Assembly (NCBI GenBank): GCA_964057225.1
Contig: CAXKVF010000072.1
Span: 682,001-746,000, forward strand
From: Auanema rhodensis
Taxonomy: Eukaryota; Animalia; Nematoda
Direction of reading: 5' to 3'
Length of the DNA stretch: 64,000 nucleotides
In this document: piece after piece, positions 40,212 through 54,800 of the stretch
Layout: every line of letters begins with the position of its first letter
Position numbering within the stretch: the stretch's first letter is position 1
Made by a program: the position numbers and the translations under genes
The notes under the pieces: model-generated
What the model was told of the DNA's origin: nothing
Seen by the model: only the letters and a program-made list of their open reading frames with translations
The model's database searches: none

Positions 40212-42850
40212 TTCACGTAAATTTCAAAGTCATGGTTACCATGCACCAATATCAATAAAAATTTGTTTTTAGACTAATATGGACAAGGGGAATCTAATTT
40301 TGAAAACCGCATCTCTTTATCTTTCACTTGAAGCGAGTTACATACCAAGTGCACATCACGTGTACATTTAATTAGCATAAATTAAAGTTCACGTAAATTT
40401 CAAAGTCATGGTTACCATGAACCAATATCGATAAAAATTTGTTTTTAGACTAATATGGACATGGGGAATCTAATTTTGAAAACCGCATCTCTTTATCTTT
40501 CACGTGAAGCGGGTTACATACCAAGTGCACATCACGTGTACATTTAATTAGCATAAATTAAAGTTCACGTAAATTTCAAAGTCATGGTTACCATGAAGCA
40601 ATATCAATAAAAATTTGTTTTTAGACTAATATGGACATGGGGAATCTAATTTTGAAAACCGCATCTCTTTATCTTTCACGTGAAGCGAGTTACATACCAA
40701 GTGCACATCACGTGTACATTTAATTAGCATAAATTAAAGTTCACGTAAATTTCAAAGTCATGGTTACCATGAACCAATATCAATAAAAATTTGTTTTTAG
40801 ACTAATATGGACATGGGGAATCTAATTTTGAAAACCGCATCTCTTTATCTTTCACGTGAAGCGAGTTACATACCAAGTGCACATCACGTGTACATTTAAT
40901 TAGCATAAATTAAAGTTCACGTAAATTTCAAAGTCATGGTTACCATGAACCAATATCAATAAAAATTTGTTTTTAGACTAATATGGACATGGGGAATCTA
41001 ATTTTGAAAACCGCATCTCTTTATCTTTCACGTGAAGCGAGTTACATACCAAGTGCACATCACGTGTACATTTAATTAGCATAAATTAAAGTTCACGTAA
41101 ATTTCAAAGTCATGGTTACCATGCACCAATATCAATAAAAATTTGTTTTTAGACTAATATGGACAAGGGGAATCTAATTTTGAAAACCGCATCTCTTTAT
41201 CTTTCACTTGAAGCGAGTTACATACCAAGTGCACATCACGTGTACATTTAATTAGCATAAATTAAAGTTCACGTAAATTTCAAAGTCATGGTTACCATGA
41301 ACCAATATCGATAAAAATTTGTTTTTAGACTAATATGGACATGGGGAATCTAATTTTGAAAACCGCATCTCTTTATCTTTCACGTGAAGCGGGTTACATA
41401 CCAAGTGCACATCACGTGTACATTTAATTAGCATAAATTAAAGTTCACGTAAATTTCAAAGTCATGGTTACCATGAAGCAATATCAATAAAAATTTGTTT
41501 TTAGACTAATATGGACATGGGGAATCTAATTTTGAAAACCGCATCTCTTTATCTTTCACGTGAAGCGAGTTACATACCAAGTGCACATCACGTGTACATT
41601 TAATTAGCATAAATTAAAGTTCACGTAAATTTCAAAGTCATGGTTACCATGAACCAATATCAATAAAAATTTGTTTTTAGACTAATATGGACATGGGGAA
41701 TCTAATTTTGAAAACCGCATCTCTTTATCTTTCACGTGAAGCGAGTTACATACCAAGTGCACATCACGTGTACATTTAATTAGCATAAATTAAAGTTCAC
41801 GTAAATTTCAAAGTCATGGTTACCATGAACCAATATCAATAAAAATTTGTTTTTAGACTAATATGGACATGGGGAATCTAATTTTGAAAACCGCATCTCT
41901 TTATCTTTCACGTGAAGCGAGTTACATACCAAGTGCACATCACGTGTACATTTAATTAGCATAAATTAAAGTTCACGTAAATTTCAAAGTCATGGTTACC
42001 ATGCACCAATATCAATAAAAATTTGTTTTTAGACTAATATGGACATGGGGAATCTAATTTTGAAAACCGCATCTCTTTATCTTTCACGTGAAGCGAGTTA
42101 CATACCAAGTGCACATCACGTGTACATTTAATTAGCATAAATTAAAGTTCACGTAAATTTCAAAGTCATGGTTACCATGAACCAATATCGATAAAAATTT
42201 GTTTTTAGACTAATATGGACATGGGGAATCTAATTTTGAAAACCGCATCTCTTTATCTTTCACGTGAAGCGGGTTACATACCAAGTGCACATCACGTGTA
42301 CATTTAATTAGCATAAATTAAAGTTCACGTAAATTTCAAAGTCATGGTTACCATGAAGCAATATCAATAAAAATTTGTTTTTAGACTAATATGGACATGG
42401 GGAATCTAATTTTGAAAACCGCATCTCTTTATCTTTCACGTGAAGCGAGTTACATACCAAGTGCACATCACGTGTACATTTAATTAGCATAAATTAAAGT
42501 TCACGTAAATTTCAAAGTCATGGTTACCATGAACCAATATCAATAAAAATTTGTTTTTAGACTAATATGGACATGGGGAATCTAATTTTGAAAACCGCAT
42601 CTCTTTATCTTTCACGTGAAGCGAGTTACATACCAAGTGCACATCACGTGTACATTTAATTAGCATAAATTAAAGTTCACGTAAATTTCAAAGTCATGGT
42701 TACCATGAACCAATATCAATAAAAATTTGTTTTTAGACTAATATGGACATGGAAATCTAATTTTGAAAACCGCATCTCTTTATCTTTCACGTGAAGCGAG
42801 TTACATACCAAGTGCACATCACGTGTACATTTAATTAGCATAAATTAAAG
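40212..42850 (+). repeat. 5-monomer (880-bp) higher-order repeat, 3 copies
   Basis: [A33C(+T75A+G117T)][A43G+A125G][C35G][cons][cons] at 40212, 41092 and 41972. Confidence 0.9.
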
Positions 42851-45800
42851 TTCACGTAAAATTCAAAGTCATGGTTACCATGCACCAATATCAATAAAAA
42901 TTTGTTTTTAGACTAATATGGACATGGGGAATCTAATTTTGAAAACCGCATCTCTTTATCTTTCATGTGAAGCGAGTTACATACCAAGTGCACATCACGT
43001 GTACATTTAATTAGCATAAATTAAAGTTCACGTAAATTTCAAAGTCATGGTTACCATGAACCAATATCAATAAAAATTTGTTTTTAGACTAATATGGACA
43101 TGGGGAATCTAATTTTGAAAACCGCATCTCTTTATCTTTCACGTGAAGCGAGTTACATACCAAGTGCACATCACGTGTACATTTAATTAGCATAAATTAA
43201 AGTTCACGTAAATTTCAAAGTCATGGTTACCATGAACCAATATCAATAAAAATTTGTTTTTAGACTAATATGGACATGGGGAATCTAATTTTGAAAACCG
43301 CATCTCTTTATCTTTCACGTGAAGCGAGTTACATACCAAGTGCACATCACGTGTACATTTAATTAGCATAAATTAAAGTTCACGTAAATTTCAAAGTCAT
43401 GGTTACCATGAAGCAATATCAATAAAAATTTGTTTTTAGACTAATATGGACATGGGGAATCTAATTTTGAAAACCGCATCTCTTTATCTTTCACGTGAAG
43501 CGAGTTACATACCAAGTGCACATCACGTGTACATTTAATTAGCATAAATTAAAGTTCACGTAAATTTCAAAGTCATGGTTACCATGAACCAATATCAATA
43601 AAAATTTGTTTTTAGACTAATATGGACATGGGGAATCTAATTTTGAAAACCGCATCTCTTTATCTTTCACGTGAAGCGAGTTACATACCAAGTGCACATC
43701 ACGTGTACATTTAATTAGCATAAATTAAAGTTCACGTAAATTTCAAAGTCATGGTTACCATGAACCAATATCAATAAAAATTTGTTTTTAGACTAATATG
43801 GACATGGGGAATCTAATTTTGAAAACCGCATCTCTTTATCTTTCACGTGAAGCGAGTTACATACCAAGTGCACATCACGTGTACATTTAATTAGCATAAA
43901 TTAAAGTTCACGTAAATTTCAAAGTCATGGTTACCATGAACCAATATCAATAAAAATTTGTTTTTAGACTAATATGGACATGGGGAATCTAATTTTGAAA
44001 ACCGCATCTCTTTATCTTTCACGTGAAGCGAGTTACATACCAAGTGCACATCACGTGTACATTTAATTAGCATAAATTAAAGTTCACGTAAATTTCAAAG
44101 TCATGGTTACCATGAACCAATATCAATAAAAATTTGTTTTTAGACTAATATGGACATGGGGAATCTAATTTTGAAAACCGCATCTCTTTATCTTTCACGT
44201 GAAGCGAGTTACATACCAAGTGCACATCACGTGTACATTTAATTAGCATAAATTAAAGTTCACGTAAAATTCAAAGTCATGGTTACCATGCACCAATATC
44301 AATAAAAATTTGTTTTTAGACTAATATGGACATGGGGAATCTAATTTTGAAAACCGCATCTCTTTATCTTTCACGTGAAGCGAGTTACATACCAAGTGCA
44401 CATCACGTGTACATTTAATTAGCATAAATTAAAGTTCACGTAAATTTCAAAGTCATGGTTACCATGAACCAATATCAATAAAAATTTGTTTTTAGACTAA
44501 TATGGACATGGGGAATCTAATTTTGAAAACCGCATCTCTTTATCTTACACGTGAAGCGAGTTACATACCAAGTGCACATCACGTGTACATTTAATTAGCA
44601 TAAATTAAAGTTCACGTAAAATTCAAAGTCATGGTTACCATGCACCAATATCAATAAAAATTTGTTTTTAGACTAATATGGACATGGGGAATCTAATTTT
44701 GAAAACCGCATCTCTTTATCTTTCACGTGAAGCGAGTTACATACCAAGTGCACATCACGTGTACATTTAATTAGCATAAATTAAAGTTCACGTAAATTTC
44801 AAAGTCATGGTTACCATGAACCAATATCAATAAAAATTTGTTTTTAGACTAATATGGACATGGGGAATCTAATTTTGAAAACCGCATCTCTTTATCTTTC
44901 ACGTGAAGCGAGTTACATACCAAGTGCACATCACGTGTACATTTAATTAGCATAAATTAAAGTTCACGTAAATTTCAAAGTCATGGTTACCATGCACCAA
45001 TATCAATAAAAATTTGTTTATAGACTAATATGGACATGGGGAATCTAATTTTGAAAACCGCATCTCTTTATCTTTCACGTGAAGCGAGTTACATACCAAG
45101 TGCACATCACGTGTACATTTAATTAGCATAAATTAAAGTTCACGTAAATTTCAAAGTCATGGTTACCATGAACCAATATCAATAAAAATTTGTTTTTAGA
45201 CTAATATGGACATGGGGAATCTAATTTTGAAAACCGCATCACTTTATCTTTCACGTGAACGAGTTACATACCAAGTGCACATCACGTGTACATTTAATTA
45301 GCATAAATTAAAGTTCACGTAAAATTCAAAGTCATGGTTACCATGAACCAATATCAATAAAAATTTGTTTTTAGACTAATATGGACATGGGGAATCTAAT
45401 TTTGAAAACCGCATCTCTTTATCTTTCACGTGAAGCGAGTTACATACCAAGTGAACATCACGTGTACATTTAATTAGCATAAATTAAAGTTCACGTAAAT
45501 TTCAAAGTCATGGTTACCATGAACCAATATCAATAAAAATTTGTTTTTAGACTAATATGGACATGGAAATCTAATTTTGAAAACCGCATCTCTTTATCTT
45601 TCACGTGAAGCGAGTTACATACCAAGTGCACATCACGTGTACATTTAATTAGCATAAATTAAAGTTCACGTAAAATTCAAAGTCATGGTTACCATGCATT
45701 AATATCGATAAAAATTTGTTTTTAGACTAATATGGACATGGGGAATCTAATTTTGAAAACCGCATCTCTTTATCTTTCACGTGAAGCGAGTTACATACCA

Positions 45801-48800
45801 AGTGCACATCACGTGTACATTTAATTAGCATAAATTAAAGTTCACGTAAATTTCAAAGTCATGGTTACCATGAACCAATATCAATAAAAATTTGTTTTTA
45901 GACTAATATGGACATGGGGAATCTAATTTTGAAAACCGCATCTCTTTATCTTTCACGTGAAGCGAGTTACATACCAAGTGCACATCACGTGTACATTTAA
46001 TTAGCATAAATTAAAGTTCACGTAAAATTCAAAGTCATGGTTACCATGCATTAATATCAATAAAAATTTGTTTTTAGACTAATATGGACATGGGGAATCT
46101 AATTTTGAAAACCGCATCTTTTTATCTTTCACGTGAAGCGAGTTACATACCAAGTGCACATCACGTGTACATTTAATTAGCATAAATTAAAGTTCACGTA
46201 AATTTCAAAGTCATGGTTACCATGAACCAATATCAATAAAAATTTGTTTTTAGACTAATATGGACATGGGGAATCTAATTTTGAAAACCGCATCTCTTTA
46301 TCTTTCACGTGAAGCGAGTTACATACCAAGTGCACATCACGTGTACATTTAATTAGCATAAATTAAAGTTCACGTAAAATTCAAAGTCATGGTTACCATG
46401 CACCAATATCAATAAAAATTTGTTTTTAGACTAATATGGACATGGGGAATCTAATTTTGAAAACCGCATCTCTTTATCTTTCACGTGAAGCGAGTTACAT
46501 ACCAAGTGCACATCACGTGTACATTTAATTAGCATAAATTAAAGTTCACGTAAATTTCAAAGTCATGGTTACCATGCACCAACATCAATAAAAATTTGTT
46601 TTTAGACTAATATGGACATGGGGAATCTAATGTGGAAAACCGCATCTCTTTATCTTTCACGTGAAGCGAGTTACATACCAAGTGCACATCACGTGTACAT
46701 TTAATTAGCATAAATTAAAGTTCACGTAAATTTCAAAGTCATGGTTACCATGAAGCAATATCAATAAAAATTTGTTTTTAGACTAATATGGACAGGGGGA
46801 ATCTAATTTTGAAAACCGCATCTCTTTATTTTTCACGTGAAGCGAGTTACATACCAAGTGCACATCACGTGTACATTTAATTAGCATAAATTAAAGTTCA
46901 CGTAAATTTCAAAGTCATGGTTACCATGAACCAATATCAATAAAAATTTGTTTTTAGACTAATATGGACATGGGGAATCTAATTTTGAAAACCGCATCTC
47001 TTTATCTTTCACGTGAAGCGAGTTACATACCAAGTGCACATCACGTGTACATTTAATTAGCATAAATTAAAGTTCAAGTAAATTTCAAAGTCATGGTTAC
47101 CATGAACCAATATCAATAAAAATTTGTTTTTAGACTAATATGGACATGGGGAATCTAATTTTGAAAACCGCATCTCTTTATCTTTCACGTGAAGCGAGTT
47201 ACATACCAAGTGCACATCACGTGTACATTTAATTAGCATAAATTAAAGTTCACGTAAATTTCAAAGTCATGGTTACCATGAACCAATATCAATAAAAATT
47301 TGTTTTTAGACTAATATGGACATGGGGAATCTAATTTTGAAAACCGCATCTCTTTATCTTTCACGTGAAGCGAGTTACATACCAAGTGCACATCACGTGT
47401 ACATTTAATTAGCATAAATTAAAGTTCACGTAAATTTCAAAGTCATGGTTACCATGCACCAATATCAATAAAAATTTGTTTTTAGACTAATATGGACATG
47501 GGGAATCTAATTTTGAAAACCGCATCTCTTTACCTTTCACGTGAAGCGAGTTACATACCAAGTGCACATCACGTGTACATTTAATTAGCATAAATTAAAG
47601 TTCACGTAAATTTCAAAGTCATGGTTACCATGAACCAATATCAATAAAAATTTGTTTTTAGACTAATATGGACATGGGGAATCTAATTTTGAAAACCGCA
47701 TCTCTTTATCTTTCACGTGAAGCGAGTTACATACCAAGTGCACATCACGTGTACATTTAATTAGCATAAATTAAAGTTCACGTAAATTTCAAAGTCATGG
47801 TTACCATGAACCAATATCAATAAAAATTTGTTTTTAGACTAATATGGACATGGGGAATCTAATTTTGAAAACCGCATCTCTTTATCTTTCACGTGAAGCG
47901 AGTTACATACCAAGTGCACATCACGTGTACATTTAATTAGCATAAATTAAAGTTCACGTAAATTTCAAAGTCATGGTTACCATGAACCAATATCAATAAA
48001 AATTTGTTTTTAGACTAATATGGACATGGGGAATCTAATTTTGAAAACCGCATCTCTTTATCTTTCACGTGAAGCGAGTTACATACCAAGTGCACATCAC
48101 GTGTACATTTAATTAGCATAAATTAAAGTTCACGTAAATTTCAAAGTCATGGTTACCATGAACCAATATCAATAAAAATTTGTTTTTAGACTAATATGGA
48201 CATGGGGAATCTAATTTTGAAAACCGCATCTCTTTATCTTTCACGTGAAGCGAGTTACATACCAAGTGCACATCACGTGTACATTTAATTAGCATAAATT
48301 AAAGTTCACGTAAAATTCAAAGTCATGGTTACCATGCACCAATATCAATAAAAATTTGTTTTTAGACTAATATGGACATGGGGAATCTAATTTTGAAAAC
48401 CGCATCTCTTTATCTTTCACGTGAAGCGAGTTACATACCAAGTGCACATCACGTGTACATTTAATTAGCATAAATTAAAGTTCACGTAAATTTCAAAGTC
48501 ATGGTTACCATGAACCAATATCAATAAAAATTTGTTTTTAGACTAATATGGACATGGGGAATCTAATTTTGAAAACCGCATCTCTTTATCTTACACGTGA
48601 AGCGAGTTACATACCAAGTGCACATCACGTGTACATTTAATTAGCATAAATTAAAGTTCACGTAAAATTCAAAGTCATGGTTACCATGCACCAATATCAA
48701 TAAAAATTTGTTTTTAGACTAATATGGACATGGGGAATCTAATTTTGAAAACCGCATCTCTTTATCTTTCACGTGAAGCGAGTTACATACCAAGTGCACA

Positions 48801-51800
48801 TCACGTGTACATTTAATTAGCATAAATTAAAGTTCACGTAAATTTCAAAGTCATGGTTACCATGAACCAATATCAATAAAAATTTGTTTTTAGACTAATA
48901 TGGACATGGGGAATCTAATTTTGAAAACCGCATCTCTTTATCTTTCACGTGAAGCGAGTTACATACCAAGTGCACATCACGTGTACATTTAATTAGCATA
49001 AATTAAAGTTCACGTAAATTTCAAAGTCATGGTTACCATGAACCAATATCGATAAAAATTTGTTTTTAGACTAATATGGACATGGGGAATCTAATTTTGA
49101 AAACCGCATCTCTTTATCTTTCACGTGAAGCGGGTTACATACCAAGTGCACATCACGTGTACATTTAATTAGCATAAATTAAAGTTCACGTAAATTTCAA
49201 AGTCATGGTTACCATGAAGCAATATCAATAAAAATTTGTTTTTAGACTAATATGGACATGATGAATCTAATTTTGAAAACCGCATCTCTTTATCTTTCAC
49301 GTGAAGCGAGTTACATACCAAGTGCACATCACGTGTACATTTAATTAGCATAAATTAAAGTTCACGTAAATTTCAAAGTCATGGTTACCATGCACCAATA
49401 TCAATAAAAATTTGTTTTTAGACTAATATGGACATGGGGAATCTAATTTTGAAAACCGCATCTCTTTATCTTTCACGTGAAGCGAGTTACATACCAAGTG
49501 CACATCACGTGTACATTTAATTAGCATAAATTAAAGTTCACGTAAATTTCAAAGTCATGGTTACCATGAACCAATATCAATAAAAATTTGTTTTTAGACT
49601 AATATGGACATGGGGAATCTAATTTTGAAAACCGCATCTCTTTATCTTACACGTGAAGCGAGTTACATACCAAGTGCACATCACGTGTACATTTAATTAG
49701 CATAAATTAAAGTTCACGTAAATTTCAAAGTCATGGTTACCATGAAGCAATATCAATAAAAATTTGTTTTTAGACTAATATGGACATGGGGAATCTAATT
49801 TTGAAAACCGCATCTCTTTATCTTTCACGTGAAGCGAGTTACATACCAAGTGCACATCACGTGTACATTTAATTAGCATAAATTAAAGTTCACGTAAATT
49901 TCAAAGTCATGGTTACCATGAACCAATATCAATAAAAATTTGTTTTTAGACTAATATGGACATGGGGAATCTAATTTTGAAAACCGCATCTCTTTATCTT
50001 TCACGTGAAGCGAGTTACATACCAAGTGCACATCACGTGTACATTTAATTAGCATAAATTAAAGTTCACGTAAATTTCAAAGTCATGGTTACCATGAACC
50101 AATATCAATAAAAATTTGTTTTTAGACTAATATGGACATGGGGAATCTAATTTTGAAAACCGCATCTCTTTATCTTTCACGTGAAGCGAGTTACATACCA
50201 AGTGCACATCACGTGTACATTTAATTAGCATAAATTAAAATTCACGTAAATTTCAAAGTCATGGTTACCATGAAGCAATATCAATAAAAATTTGTTTTTA
50301 GACTAATATGGACATGGGGAATCTAATTTTGAAAACCGCATCTCTTTATCTTTCACGTGAAGCGAGTTACATACCAAGTGCACATCACGTGTACATTTAA
50401 TTAGCATAAATTAAAGTTCACGTGAATTTCAAAGTCATGGTTACCATGAACCAATATCAATAAAAATTTGTTTTTAGACTAATATGGACATGGGGAATCT
50501 AATTTTGAAAACCGCATCTCTTTATCTTTCACGTGAAGCGAGTTACATACCAAGTGCACATCACGTGTACATTTAATTAGCATAAATTAAAGTTCACGTA
50601 AATTTCAAAGTCATGGTTACCATGAACCAATATCAATAAAAATTTGTTTTTAGACTAATATGGACATGGGGAATCTAATTTTGAAAACCGCATCTCTTTA
50701 TCTTTCACGTGAAGCGAGTTACATACCAAGTGCACATCACGTGTACATTTAATTAGCATAAATTAAAGTTCACGTAAATTTCAAAGTCATGGTTACCATG
50801 AACCAATATCAATAAACATTTGTTTTTAGACTAATATGGACATGGGGAATCTAATTTTGAAAACCGCATCTCTTTATCTTTCACGTGAAGCGAGTTACAT
50901 ACCAAGTGCACATCACGTGTACATTTAATTAGCATAAATTAAAGTTCACGTAAATTTCAAAGTCATGGTTACCATGAAGCAATATCAATAAAAATTTGTT
51001 TTTAGACTAATATGGACATGGGGAATCCAATTTTGAAAACCGCATCTCTTTATCTTTCACGTGAAGCGAGTTACATACCAAGTGCACATCACGTGTACAT
51101 TTAATTAGCATAAATTAAAGTTCACGTAAATTTCAAAGTCATGGTTACCATGAACCAATATCAATAAAAATTTGTTTTTAGACTAATATGGACATGGGGA
51201 ATCTAATTTTGAAAACCGCATCTCTTTATCTTTCACGTGAAGCGAGTTACATACCAAGTGCACATCACGTGTACATTTAATTAGCATAAATTAAAGTTCA
51301 CGTAAATTTCAAAGTCATGGTTACCATGCACCAATATCAATAAAAATTTGTTTTTAGACTAATATGAACATGGGGAATCTAATTTTGAAAACCGCATCTC
51401 TTTATCTTTCACGTGAAGCGAGTTACATACCAAGTGCACATCACGTGTACATTTAATTAGCATAAATTAAAGTTCACGTAAATTTCAAAGTCATGGTTAC
51501 CATGAACCAATATCAATAAAAATTTGTTTTTAGACTAATATGGACATGGGGAATCTAATTTTGAAAACCGCATCTCTTTATCTTTCACGTGAAGCGAGTT
51601 ACATACCAAGTGCACATCACGTGTACATTTAATTAGCATAAATTAAAGTTCACGTAAATTTCAAAGTCATGGTTACCATGCACCAATATCAATAAAAATT
51701 TGTTTTTAGACTAATATGGACATGGGAAATTTAATTTTGAAAACCGCATCTCTTTATCTTTCACGTGAAGCGAGTTACATACCAAGTGCACATCACGTGT

Positions 51801-54800
51801 ACATTTAATTAGCATAGATTGAAGTTCACGTAAATTTCAAAGTCATGGTTACCATGAAGCAATATCAATAAAAATTTGTTTTTAGACTAATATGGACATG
51901 GGGAATCTAATTTTGAAAACCGCATCTCTTTATCTTTCACGTGAAGCGAGTTACATACCAAGTGCACATCACGTGTACATTTAATTAGCATAAATTAAAG
52001 TTCACGTAAATTTCAAAGTCATGGTTACCATGAACCAATATCAATAAAAATTTGTTTTTAGACTAATATGGACATGGGGAATCTAATTTTAAAAACCGCA
52101 TCTCTTTATCTTTCACGTGAAGCGAGTTACATACCAAGTGCACATCACGTGTACATTTAATTAGCATAAATTAAAGTTCACGTAAATTTCAAAGTCATGG
52201 TTACCATGAACCAATATCAATAAAAATTTGTTTTTAGACTAATATGGACATGGGGAATCTAATTTTGAAAACCGCATCTCTTTATCTTTCACGTGAAGCG
52301 AGTTACATACCAAGTGCACATCACGTGTACATTTAATTAGCATAAATTAAAGTTCACGTAAAATTCAAAGTCATGGTTACCATGCACCAATATCAATAAA
52401 AATTTGTTTTTAGACTAATATGGACATGGGGAATCTAATTTTGAAAACCGCATCTCTTTATCTTTCACGTGAAGCGAGTTACATACCAAGTGCACATCAC
52501 GTGTACATTTAATTAGCATAAATTAAAGTTCACGTAAATTTCAAAGTCATGGTTACCATGAACCAATATCAATAAAAATTTGTTTTTAGACTAATATGGA
52601 CATGGGGAATCTAATTTTCAAAACCGCATCTCTTTATCTTTCACGTGAAGCGAGTTACATACCAAGTGCACATCACGTGTACATTTAATTAGCATAAATT
52701 AAAGTTCACGTAAATTTCAAAGTCATGGTTACCATGAACCAATATCAATAAAAATTTGTTTTTAGACTAATATGGACATGGGGAATCTAATTTTGAAAAC
52801 CGCATCTCTTTATCTTTCACGTGAAGCGAGTTACATACCAAGTGCACATCACGTGTACATTTAATTAGCATAAATTAAAGTTCACGTAAAATTCAAAGTC
52901 ATGGTTACCATGCACCAATATCAATAAAAATTTGTTTTTAGACTAATATGGACATGGGGAATCTAATTTTGAAAACCGCATCTCTTTATCTTTCACGTGA
53001 AGCGAGTTACATACCAAGTGCACATCACGTGTACATTTAATTAGCATAAATTAAAGTTCACGTAAATTTCAAAGTCATGGTTACCATGAACCAATATCAA
53101 TAAAAATTTGTTTTTAGACTAATATGGACATGGGGAATCTAATTTTGAAAACCGCATCTCTTTATCTTTCACGTGAAGCGAGTTACATACCAAGTGCACA
53201 TCACGTGTACATTTAATTAGCATAAATTAAAGTTCACGTAAATTTCAAAGTCATGGTTACCATGAACCAATATCAATAAAAATTTGTTTTTAGACTAATA
53301 TGGACATGGGGAATCTAATTTTGAAAACCGCATCTCTTTATCTTTCACGTGAAGCGAGTTACATACCAAGTGCACATCACGTGTACATTTAATTAGCATA
53401 AATTAAAGTTCACGTAAATTTCAAAGTCATGGTTACCATGAACCAATATCAATAAAAATTTGTTTTTAGACTAATATGGACATGGGGAATCTAATTTTGA
53501 AAACCGCATCTCTTTATCTTTCACGTGAAGCGAGTTACATACCAAGTGCACATCACGTGTACATTTAATTAGCATAAATTAAAGTTCACGTAAATTTCAA
53601 AGTCATGGTTACCATGAACCAATATCAATAAAAATTTGTTTTTAGACTAATATGGACATGGGGAATCTAATTTTGAAAACCGCATCTCTTTATCTTTCAC
53701 GTGAAGCGAGTTACATACCAAGTGCACATCACGTGTACATTTAATTAGCATAAATTAAAGTTCACGTAAAATTCAAAGTCATGGTTACCATGCACCAATA
53801 TCAATAAAAATTTGTTTTTAGACTAATATGGACATGGGGAATCTAATTTTGAAAACCGCATCTCTTTATCTTTCACGTGAAGCGAGTTACATACCAAGTG
53901 CACATCACGTGTACATTTAATTAGCATAAATTAAAGTTCACGTAAATTTCAAAGTCATGGTTACCATGAACCAATATCAATAAAAATTTGTTTTTAGACT
54001 AATATGGACATGGGGAATCTAATTTTGAAAACCGCATCTCTTTATCTTTCACGTGAAGCGAGTTACATACCAAGTGCACATCACGTGTACATTTAATTAG
54101 CATAAATTAAAGTTCACGTAAATTTCAAAGTCATGGTTACCATGAACCAATATCAATAAAAATTTGTTTTTAGACTAATATGGACATGGGGAATCTAATT
54201 TTGAAAACCGCATCTCTTTATCTTTCACGTGAAGCGAGTTACATACCAAGTGCACATCACGTGTACATTTAATTAGCATAAATTAAAGTTCACGTAAATT
54301 TCAAAGTCATGGTTACCATGAACCAATATCAATAAAAATTTGTTTTTAGACTAATATGGACATGGGGAATCTAATTTTGAAAACCGCATCTCTTTATCTT
54401 TCACGTGAAGCGAGTTACATACCAAGTGCACATCACGTGTACATTTAATTAGCATAAATTAAAGTTCACGTAAATTTCAAAGTCATGGTTACCATGAAGC
54501 AATATCAATAAAAATTTGTTTTTAGACTAATATGGACATGGGGAATCTAATTTTGAAAACCGCATCTCTTTATCTTTCACGTGAAGCGAGTTACATACCA
54601 AGTGCACATCACGTGTACATTTAATTAGCATAAATTAAAGTTCACGTAAATTTCAAAGTCATGGTTGCCATGAACCAATATCAATAAAAATTTGTTTTTA
54701 GACTAATATGGACATGGGGAATCTAATTTTGAAAACCGCATCTCTTTATCTTTCACGTGAAGCGAGTTACATACCAAGTGCACATCACGTGTACATTTAA

